A DNA stretch of 64,000 nt from Fibrobacter sp. UBA7003 (GTDB lineage: Bacteria > Fibrobacterota > Fibrobacteria > Fibrobacterales > Fibrobacteraceae): assembly GCF_002449765.1 (NCBI RefSeq), contig NZ_DJXN01000008.1. One strand, 5' to 3'. The notes beneath the pieces are model-generated. The model was not told the DNA's origin, did no database searches, and was given only the letters and a program-made list of their open reading frames with translations. Shown here piece by piece: positions 43,641 to 51,472 of this stretch (positions within the stretch are counted from its first letter, which is position 1; every line of letters starts with the position of its first letter). The position numbers and the translations under genes were made by a program.

Positions 43641-45806
43641 TTATCGCCTTACGGCCTTGAATATCCCGAGGGTCCTGTTGCCTTGCGAGACTTTGACGAG
43701 GTAGGCGCCTTGACGCAGGGTGATGTGGAGTTCGTTCCCCTGCACTGCGCGAAATTCCGCGATGCGGTGGCCTTGCATGTCGAAGATGCTGATATCGTGC
43801 GCGCCGCCGTCGATGCCCTTGAGAAGGAGCGTGCTACCGTCGATACGGCCGCTAATTGCGTTGCGCGGTGTCAAGGATTCGACGGCGGTGGTGCCCTCGG
43901 TTCCTTCCGCGCTGGAAGATGTGCCTTCTGCTGCGCTGGAAGACTGTGGCCCGACGATTTCTGCGCTTGAGGAGTTGACGTCGGCGAAGGATTCTTCGCG
44001 TAGTCCTCCGACAATCTCGATATCCGGTTTCGGGGGCATGTCCATGCCGTAGCCGAGGAAGTAGTCGAGCATGCTTGCCTGCACATAGCCCTTCGCAGTA
44101 GTCCCCATGCGGTAGCAGGGGTTCTGCATCAGCGAGTAGAAGCGGTGTTCGCTTGCGATGTCTGTCGTGAATATCACGAGTTCCTTCGTGTCGTAGTTCA
44201 CGAGGATTGATTCTTCGCGCCAGTCACCGAAGATATCCCCGTGGAACATTCCCACGCCCCTCTCGCTCCCGCTGCTGCCGTAGATTTTCCATGTGGTTGC
44301 CACACGGCCAACCGACTTGTTCTTGTAATCCCACTTTTCGATTTTTCCGTCATTGTAGCTTTCTGCCGCGAGATCCCCGTCCCACCAGTAGCGGAGTACG
44401 GGGTACAGGTAGTTGCTGGCGATAAGTTTGTTGGTGACGCCGTTGTAGGTTCCCTGGAAACTCCAGACTTCGAATCCGTCGTAATCGGGGTCGATGTCAC
44501 CGATGTTCCCGCGTGCGACGTCGCACTGGCCTGCGCAGGACTCGTCGCCGTAGTGGGTCCAGATGACCTTGCCGGTGGAGGCGTTGTAGTAGTATTCGAG
44601 CAGGTTTTTCGGATGGTCCTGCTGTATTCCGTAGCCCATCATCACCTTGTCGCCCTTGTTGAATGCCCCTACGTACCAGCGGTCACCGTGAACGACTTCG
44701 GGAATCTGGTAACGCAGGCTTCCGTCGCCGTTCAGTGCGTAGCCCATGTGCAACACTTCGTCCTTGCCGTCGTAATCCACATCGGCGATTCTAATCTGGT
44801 GCGCTTCGGCTCCGCCGCCGCTTTTGCGTGCATCGTGCTTCCACTGCTGCGTGAGCTTTCCCTTCTCGACGCGGTAGGCGACGGTCATGCTGTTGAAGCT
44901 CTTGTCCGCATTCCTGTTCTTTATCCACGTGACGACGCTCGGGGTTTTTCCGTCGAGATAGGCGATTTCCATCATGCAGGCCATCGGACCGATCGAGATG
45001 TAGTCATCGGGGACAGGAGCGTATGTTTTCAGTGCGCCGGTACGCCCGTCCAGGACGGCTATGGCCTGGGCGTTTGTTCCACTGAGCGTGAATTTTTTGC
45101 CATCACCGAAGGTGACACCGTCGGCTATTCGCACGATAACGTCGGCAAAGCCGTCGGAATCGATATCATAGACGGTTGCCCCGTCCCACATGCCCACGTC
45201 GAGCGTTGATGCGCCCGGTGTAATGTTGTTCTTGTTCTCGCTGTTCGGGCCAAGATCAAGAGTCCACAGGTACTTTCCCTGGCTCGAGTATGCCTGCAGT
45301 TGCTGGTGGTCGAGTGCGGGCTGGTCGAGCAGGTAGTCGTATGCGCCATCCCCGTCAAAGTCGCCCACCCACACGAAATGGACGGTGGATGTGATATTTG
45401 GGACGGGAACGGTGACATACGCTCCGATTCCCTTGTTCGCGGGCATGGTGTAGCTGCCGTTTGTTCCGAGTTCTACGCCGTTCAGTACCTTCTTGACGGA
45501 GTAGGTGTTGGCCTTCGAAAAGTCGGCGGTACCGTCGGTGAAATTTGTACCCTTGGTAAGTACGGTCTGGTTCAACTTGACGGTTTTTCCATCGGTTGTT
45601 CGGTAAACGTTGAATCCGAGGTCGCTTTCGTCGGTGGCGAGGCTTCGCCAGCTGACAAGTGCGCTGGAATTGTTCTGCCGTACGGCGACAACGCCCCTGT
45701 CCAGGTATTCAAATTGCCTTTTGACGAGAGCCTCGCCTGCGGCGAGAGATTCGCTTGCAATGCCTGCCCCGGCAATGCATGTGGCGAGAAGGGTCTTGCG
45801 TAACAT
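43641..45806 (-). CDS. rhamnogalacturonan lyase, polysaccharide lyase family 11, with a T9SS-type C-terminal domain
   Basis: 721 aa with a signal peptide. QFEYLDRGVVAV ... SWRSL ... GFNVYR, VGDFDGDGAYDY and LGDWREE-like blocks are collinear with B. subtilis YesW/YesX. C-terminus: ISIFDMQGHRIAEF ... GAYLVKVSQG. Confidence 0.85.
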   Translation of the reverse strand: MLRKTLLATCIAGAGIASESLAAGEALVKRQFEYLDRGVVAVRQNNSSALVSWRSLATDESDLGFNVYRTTDGKTVKLNQTVLTKGTNFTDGTADFSKANTYSVKKVLNGVELGTNGSYTMPANKGIGAYVTVPVPNITSTVHFVWVGDFDGDGAYDYLLDQPALDHQQLQAYSSQGKYLWTLDLGPNSENKNNITPGASTLDVGMWDGATVYDIDSDGFADVIVRIADGVTFGDGKKFTLSGTNAQAIAVLDGRTGALKTYAPVPDDYISIGPMACMMEIAYLDGKTPSVVTWIKNRNADKSFNSMTVAYRVEKGKLTQQWKHDARKSGGGAEAHQIRIADVDYDGKDEVLHMGYALNGDGSLRYQIPEVVHGDRWYVGAFNKGDKVMMGYGIQQDHPKNLLEYYYNASTGKVIWTHYGDESCAGQCDVARGNIGDIDPDYDGFEVWSFQGTYNGVTNKLIASNYLYPVLRYWWDGDLAAESYNDGKIEKWDYKNKSVGRVATTWKIYGSSGSERGVGMFHGDIFGDWREESILVNYDTKELVIFTTDIASEHRFYSLMQNPCYRMGTTAKGYVQASMLDYFLGYGMDMPPKPDIEIVGGLREESFADVNSSSAEIVGPQSSSAAEGTSSSAEGTEGTTAVESLTPRNAISGRIDGSTLLLKGIDGGAHDISIFDMQGHRIAEFRAVQGNELHITLRQGAYLVKVSQGNRTLGIFKAVRR

Positions 45807-45844
45807 GGGTTACTCCTTTTTGATTTTTTAACATCCCTGATGAC

Positions 45845-45999
45845 GATACTACGTAGTGTACTACCTTTTTATCGTTAATGTACTACAAAATGTACTATAA
45901 AAATTTATAAAATGCAAGAAAAAATTGAATAATTCTCAAATTTTAGCAAAAAAATGGGTAAATAGCATATATCTTTGTTTTTACTATACTATGTACTAC
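45845..45999. promoter_or_regulatory. cluster of TGTACTA(C/T) octamer repeats in the divergent PL11 / TIGR02147 intergenic region
   Basis: Exact TGTACTAC at 45857, 45879 and 45992. TGTACTAT at 45891 and GATACTAC at 45845. Palindrome ACTACGTAGT at 45848-45857. Confidence 0.4.
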
Positions 46000-46021
46000 A
46001 TTTTTATGTATATTTAATATC

Positions 46022-46879
46022 ATGAATACCTTCGTAAACATTTTCGAGTTTACCAAGTTCCGCAAGTTCCTGGCAGAATACCAGGAGCGCCGTCAGGCGG
46101 CGGAGCCTTCGTTTTCGCGTACCGAGTTCTGCAACTTGCTGGGACTCCCGAATACCCGCAGCTATTTCAACGACGTGGTGCAGGGCAAGCGCGTGACCGA
46201 CAACATGCGCGAGCGCTTTATAAACGTTATCGGGCTCAAGGGGAACGAGGCGAGGTATTTCGAGGCGATGGTCGATTTTGACCAGGGGAAGACTGCCCAG
46301 GTGCGCGAAGCGGCGTTCGATGCCATGATGCGCCTGAACAAGAACCCGCAGGCGATTGTGGACCCGGACAGCTACGAGTTCTTTGGCAACTGGTACAACA
46401 GCACGGTCTACGCGATTCTCGAGGTGATGGATGTGGGCGACGACGTATCGGAACTTGCGGCGAAGATTTTCCCGCCCGTGTCCGAGAAGCGCCTGAAGGC
46501 AAGCCTTGAACTCATGCAGAAGATGTCGCTCGTGCGCAAGGACGAACGCGGATTCTGGAAGCCGACGAAGGATAGTCTTGCCACGGTGCAGCAGAGCAAG
46601 AGCCAGATGGTACTCCAGTTCCAGAAGCAGTGCCTGGAACTCTCGAAGCAGGCGCTGGAGTCCGAAGGGAGTGAATCCCGCGACATGACTACGTTCACGT
46701 TCGCGGTTTCGAAATCCGCACAGGCGAAGGTCGAGAAGGCTGCCGAAAAATTCAAGGCGCAGGTGCGCCAGATTGTGATGGCCGATAACGAGACGCCGAC
46801 CGTTGTGGAACATGTGAACCTGCACGTGTTCAGCAACATCCGCGAAAACAATAAACCGTCCGGAACGGACGAGGCGTAG
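46022..46879 (+). CDS. TIGR02147-type Fibrobacter paralogous family protein, predicted DNA-binding
   Basis: MNTFVNIFEFTKFRKFLAEYQ ... FSRTEFCNLLGLPNTRSYFNDVVQGKRVT. Paralogue of 10788..11657 over its full length. Confidence 0.7.
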   Translation: MNTFVNIFEFTKFRKFLAEYQERRQAAEPSFSRTEFCNLLGLPNTRSYFNDVVQGKRVTDNMRERFINVIGLKGNEARYFEAMVDFDQGKTAQVREAAFDAMMRLNKNPQAIVDPDSYEFFGNWYNSTVYAILEVMDVGDDVSELAAKIFPPVSEKRLKASLELMQKMSLVRKDERGFWKPTKDSLATVQQSKSQMVLQFQKQCLELSKQALESEGSESRDMTTFTFAVSKSAQAKVEKAAEKFKAQVRQIVMADNETPTVVEHVNLHVFSNIRENNKPSGTDEA

Positions 46880-46892
46880 GGAGGAAGGAATT

Positions 46893-48242
46893 ATGGAATG
46901 CTTTAGGAATATGATTGGTTCGGGGCGACTCGCGTTTGCTTTTGCCGCGGTGTGCGTGCTCGCCTTCTTTGCGGGCTGCAGCAATACGTCTTCTACGGAT
47001 TCCGCGGGGATTTTGATTGAGACGAATACGGGCAACAAGGGCGTTGCGCGGATTCTTGTTTCTACCGAAAATCTGGATGTTGTCGTGGGCGATACCGTCG
47101 TGGTGTTCAAGGCGAGCGCCGATACCGTAGACGATACTTTGTATGTAGATACGGTGGACTACAGGCATGTGACGACCTCGATTGAGTGCGCATCGGGCGT
47201 GATGGCGCTCGATAGCCTGCCCGTGGGCAATTACGAATCCGTTTCGGTGCACCCTCTGGAAGGTGACGTGCGTTCCGTGGCTGTTTCCTGGAACGTCGAG
47301 GAAAATTCCACGAATATCGACCGTGCGCTGGAAGCTGAATTCAAGGGCGCTGTCGCGCTCGTGCTTCCTGAGGGTTTTGAAGATTTGGCCGGTTCGGACG
47401 AGGTGTTCGAAAGCATGCCTTTCGCGGTTCGGCTCCCGGATGTGAAGAACCCATGCCTGCTGGATGCTGACGGCAACATGGTGCGTCTCAGCCGTACCGA
47501 GCTTGCAGATGCCCCTACGGCGAATGTTTCCGATTCTGCTGTTTATTGGGGCGTGCTGCCGCGGGTAGCCTTCGACGAGAATGGCGCGATTTCCCTTGAC
47601 ATCGTGGAATCGTGCCAGTCCAGCGACCGGATTAACTTGGCTCTGGCCCGCTATGTGGAGCATTTCGATTCGTTCAAACCTTCCGAGGCGGTGCTCGCTA
47701 CCGGCAACGGGCTTGCGTCTGTGCTCGGCAATTCACGCTGGACGGATTCTACCGACAACTGGTTCTACATTCCCGATTTCAAGCCCTTCTCCGAAGACGG
47801 CTACTACATGGGGCTTTCCATTTGGTTCAATATCGATTCCATGCAGGTGAGCGAGTACGCGCAAATTATTTCTGCCAAGAATGACAGTACGGGTTTTGCA
47901 CTGCAGAAGCGCGGTGCTACGGGTGCGGTGAACCTCAGGCTCGATACCAAGACGGGGGCGTATAACGCCCTGTTCGGTCGCGCAAACGGGGTGCTCGACG
48001 GTAAGTGGCATAACTACTCGTTCAAGATTCACGGCGATAGCGTAACCACGTTCATTGACGGAACGCTGCTGGAATCCAGGCAGTTTGATTCGGGCGAAGG
48101 CTTTGCTGCCGCATTCAACCCCACAATCGGTTATGGCGGTATCCGCGGTGGTGTCGACGAGGTATTCTTCTTCGATGGTACGCAGTCCAACAACTGGATG
48201 CGGCTCTTCTACGCCCTGCAATATGCGGTTATAAAGGAATAA
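46893..48242 (+). CDS. lipoprotein with a C-terminal LamG/concanavalin-like domain
   Basis: Lipobox FFAGC. The C-terminal segment LSIWFNIDS ... DGKWHNYSFKIHGDSVTTFIDGTL ... VDEVFFFD is a typical Laminin_G_3-like pattern. Starts 13 nt after the TIGR02147 stop, with a GGAGG SD. Confidence 0.6.
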   Translation: MECFRNMIGSGRLAFAFAAVCVLAFFAGCSNTSSTDSAGILIETNTGNKGVARILVSTENLDVVVGDTVVVFKASADTVDDTLYVDTVDYRHVTTSIECASGVMALDSLPVGNYESVSVHPLEGDVRSVAVSWNVEENSTNIDRALEAEFKGAVALVLPEGFEDLAGSDEVFESMPFAVRLPDVKNPCLLDADGNMVRLSRTELADAPTANVSDSAVYWGVLPRVAFDENGAISLDIVESCQSSDRINLALARYVEHFDSFKPSEAVLATGNGLASVLGNSRWTDSTDNWFYIPDFKPFSEDGYYMGLSIWFNIDSMQVSEYAQIISAKNDSTGFALQKRGATGAVNLRLDTKTGAYNALFGRANGVLDGKWHNYSFKIHGDSVTTFIDGTLLESRQFDSGEGFAAAFNPTIGYGGIRGGVDEVFFFDGTQSNNWMRLFYALQYAVIKE

Positions 48243-48408
48243 ACGGGCGTTTAAGGCGCCTTTCGTGGCACATCTTGCGAAATGTAGACTTTTTTTAAGC
48301 AAAACGTTGTTAAAATCTCATAATATTATTCTAAAATATTGTAAAACTATTGACTTTTAATTGCCAAAAGTGTAGATTTTTTATATATTCTCTGGAAAGG
48401 AGTGTGGT

Positions 48409-51318
48409 ATGGGTGTATTGGAAACATTCAGGGCGGCGTGTGTCGCCTTATCTCTCGCGGCTGTTGCCGCATTTGCGGCCTCGGTCGCCGTTCACGATCC
48501 TTCCGTCATTGTGGTCTATAAGGACGCGGGCGGGAATTCGTATCCTGAAAACGATGCGGCCAAGTCGCGGACGAAGTATTATTACATATTCGGGACCATG
48601 AACGGGGCGGCATATTCCCGCGATATGCTGGACTGGACCCCGTTTACGCCGCAGCTTTCGAGGGGCGGCACGGTGTATGTCACTGGCAACGAGGCCAAGG
48701 ACGATTACTACAGCGTGTTCAAGGCGGAAGCCGACTATGCGGAACATACGAATTCCGCGACCGCCAAGGGGAACCTGTGGGCGCCCGATATCGTGTGGAA
48801 CAAGAAGCTGAAAAAGTGGTGCCTGTACTTTTCGATGGCGGGCGAGGACTGGAAAAGTTCCATTGTGCTCCTGACATCCGACAAGATCGAGGGGCCGTAC
48901 GAGTACAAGGGTGCGGTCGTCTACGGCGGGATGGACAAGCAGACGGCGGGTTCTGCCGCCAATGCCGACTACGCGAAGGTGACCGGTTCTTCGACAATCG
49001 ACGAGCGTTACTATATCGCGAACAACGGTGTCACTAATTTGGGCAAGTGGGATGGCGGCTATGGTTCCAGCTGCATCGACCCGAACGTGTTCTACGACGA
49101 GGACGGAAACCTGTGGCTCCTGTACGGTTCGTGGAGCGGCGGGCTTTTCCTGGTCAAGCTCGATGAGTCTACCGGTCTCAGGGACTATTCGTACAAGTAC
49201 GGGAACAATGGCGCTGCCAAGTGGAGCGGGACTTCGATGCTCGAGGACCCTTACATGGGCATCCACGTGGGTGGCGGTTATTATGTGAGTGGCGAGGGTT
49301 CGTACATCCAGTATTTCAAGGATGCGGATGGCAATGGCTACTACTACCTGTTCGTGAGTTACGGGTTCTATTCGCCCGAGGGCGGCTACACCATGCGCGT
49401 GTTCCGCAGCAAGGACGTGAAGGGGCCCTATGTCGATGTGGATGGGACTCCTGCGATTTTTGAAAAGTTTATCCTGAACTATTGGGGCAATACTGACCGC
49501 GGATTCCCGATTGTCGCGAATTACCGCTGGAGTTTCTGGGCCGAAGACCGTGCCGAAATTGCGGATGGGCACAATTCGCTGTTGCGCGACGACGATGGTG
49601 GCATGTACCTGGTTTATCACCGCAAGTTCAACAACCATACGGGTTGGCACAATGTCGAGACTCACCAGCTGTTCTTTAACAGGATGGGCTGGATTGTGGC
49701 GGCACCTTTCGAGTATCACGAGGGTTACGGGCTACCGGCGCGTTCGCTCGACCGCAGCGATATCGCGGGCCCGTACAAGGTGATTATGCATAACCCGCCC
49801 AGGAACAACCCGCAGACCTGGGAAGATTCCGTGGCGGTGAACCAGGAACAGAACATGCAGCTCAATGCCGACGGTACGGTGACAGGCGCCTACACGGGAA
49901 CCTGGGATTACGACTATGCGAAGGGCCGGAGCTACGTGACGCTTACTCTGGGTGGAACTGTCTACGAGGGCGTGGTGCTTGACCAATTGCAGAACGATAT
50001 GAGCAAGCGGACGCTTACGTTCTCGGCGATGAACAAGGCGGGGAACCGTGCCTTCTGGGGTTACCGTGTGCCGAAAACCGAGGTGCTGCAGGATGCCCGC
50101 TATTACGGCGACAGCGTGAAGTTCGTTGGGAAAAAGGACTTTAGCACGGCATGGGATGCCTACGACGAATTTGAGTCCGTGAAGGTAAGCGGAAACTTTG
50201 TCACGGAATTTGAATTCAGGAACAAGGTAAAGAGCGGTGCCGAAAACTGGAACAACTGGGTGCTCGTCTTTAGGAACGGTGGCGACATGTGGTACCTGCG
50301 TGCCGACGGCTATTCCGTGGAAACGCTCGGTGGCGAAAATACGGTGCACTACTGGAATGCCTGGGGTGAAAACTGGGATGCCTTCAAGAAGATGTATGAC
50401 GGTGCAAAAGTCCGCCTGCGTGCAGAAAAGGACGGCTACCTGATCAATGTGTATGCGTTCTTGCGCGGTGCGGCGAAGGATGGATCCGACTCGCTAGTGT
50501 ATGCGGTTACGGCTACGGGGACACCGGTTGGCGATTACGAAATCTTGCTCGGTGCCGACGCGGCGTCGCTCGAGTTGAGCCGCGTTGCCTACGGAGCACT
50601 TGAAAATCGCATCGTGGCGGGTACGATAAACGACGGTGGCGAATACAATGTAGCGTTCAATGCGCAGAAGACGGCTGAATACAAGGTCTCGGGCGACTTT
50701 AGCGCAACATTCCGCTTTATGAATTACGGAAACAAGCCGGTCTATGGGCTTGCCGATGCGAACAAGGTGAACAACTGGGACAATTACATTGTGCGTGCGA
50801 CTGCCGGCGGGGCGACGACGCTGTTGCGTGCCGATGCCTTTGCGATGGATAACGCGGGGACGTTCGATTACAATTTCGACTGGAACTGGGACGATTTCGC
50901 TGGCATCATGCGCAACGCCGAAGTGGTGATGGATGTCTCGCGCGAAAAGGATGTCGTTACCTACTCGGCCCGCATCACGGCGCAAGATGGCAAGGCGTAT
51001 CACTACAAGGCGGTAAACAGGGGCGCATCGACTGCCGAGATGTCGCTCGGGTTTACTTGTGAGAAGAGTGTGGTCGACCTGCTTTCGGTTTCTGTGAATA
51101 GCGTGGCGGGCGACAGCACGCAAATCCATGTGGAAGATCCTGATTCTTCGACCACGTCGTTTGCGGTTCGCAATGGCGTTGAAACGGGACGCAGCCTGCA
51201 GGATATGCGTGGTGCGAAGGTTTACGATGTTCGCGGTCGCCTTCTGGGAACTGCGGACAGCCCGCGGGTAAAGGAAATGCGTTTGCGCAAGGCCCGACAG
51301 CCCGTTTTTGCGAAGTAA
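48409..51318 (+). CDS. glycoside hydrolase family 43 (arabinanase-like) with C-terminal accessory modules and a basic/T9SS-like tail
   Basis: 969 aa with a signal peptide. VHDPSVI, NLWAPDIVW, CIDPNVFYDEDGNLWLLYGSW and EGSYIQY are the GH43 catalytic blocks. AAGGAG SD present. Confidence 0.8.
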   Translation: MGVLETFRAACVALSLAAVAAFAASVAVHDPSVIVVYKDAGGNSYPENDAAKSRTKYYYIFGTMNGAAYSRDMLDWTPFTPQLSRGGTVYVTGNEAKDDYYSVFKAEADYAEHTNSATAKGNLWAPDIVWNKKLKKWCLYFSMAGEDWKSSIVLLTSDKIEGPYEYKGAVVYGGMDKQTAGSAANADYAKVTGSSTIDERYYIANNGVTNLGKWDGGYGSSCIDPNVFYDEDGNLWLLYGSWSGGLFLVKLDESTGLRDYSYKYGNNGAAKWSGTSMLEDPYMGIHVGGGYYVSGEGSYIQYFKDADGNGYYYLFVSYGFYSPEGGYTMRVFRSKDVKGPYVDVDGTPAIFEKFILNYWGNTDRGFPIVANYRWSFWAEDRAEIADGHNSLLRDDDGGMYLVYHRKFNNHTGWHNVETHQLFFNRMGWIVAAPFEYHEGYGLPARSLDRSDIAGPYKVIMHNPPRNNPQTWEDSVAVNQEQNMQLNADGTVTGAYTGTWDYDYAKGRSYVTLTLGGTVYEGVVLDQLQNDMSKRTLTFSAMNKAGNRAFWGYRVPKTEVLQDARYYGDSVKFVGKKDFSTAWDAYDEFESVKVSGNFVTEFEFRNKVKSGAENWNNWVLVFRNGGDMWYLRADGYSVETLGGENTVHYWNAWGENWDAFKKMYDGAKVRLRAEKDGYLINVYAFLRGAAKDGSDSLVYAVTATGTPVGDYEILLGADAASLELSRVAYGALENRIVAGTINDGGEYNVAFNAQKTAEYKVSGDFSATFRFMNYGNKPVYGLADANKVNNWDNYIVRATAGGATTLLRADAFAMDNAGTFDYNFDWNWDDFAGIMRNAEVVMDVSREKDVVTYSARITAQDGKAYHYKAVNRGASTAEMSLGFTCEKSVVDLLSVSVNSVAGDSTQIHVEDPDSSTTSFAVRNGVETGRSLQDMRGAKVYDVRGRLLGTADSPRVKEMRLRKARQPVFAK

Positions 51319-51323
51319 CAAAA

Positions 51324-51338
51324 GCACCGCAGGTGCCC
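51324..51338 (+). repeat. 15-nt intergenic element GCACCGCAGGTGCCC (copy 1)
   Basis: Identical 15-mer at 54435-54449. Each copy is followed 27-42 nt later by GGACAAC[CT]GGAA. Contains the mini-hairpin GCACC-GCA-GGTGC. Confidence 0.7.
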
Positions 51339-51472
51339 ACGAAGAAACTTGTCTCCGTTGTCTATGGACAACCGGAAGTGTGGTGGTGAAGGTACTATTT
51401 GGAGTGCCGGAGATATATTATAGGTGCAGGTTCCCGGTGGTGCGGGGGCCTGTAATTCAAAAAAAGGATTGG

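Noticed and set aside
48283-48384. TGTAGA(C)TTTTTT occurring twice upstream of the GH43 gene, and a possible TTGCCA-17 nt-TATATT promoter at 48361-48389.
   Set aside because: There are only two short AT-rich copies, so this is not distinguishable from chance. The promoter guess would leave a leader of only about 13 nt. This is too weak to report as a feature.
51308-51472. 55-codon extension before the PL11 start, and likewise 54517-54537 before the PL1 start.
   Set aside because: Signal peptides begin at the internal ATGs, which also have SD-like sequences (AAGGA, AAGGAG). The extensions overlap or abut the previous gene's end.
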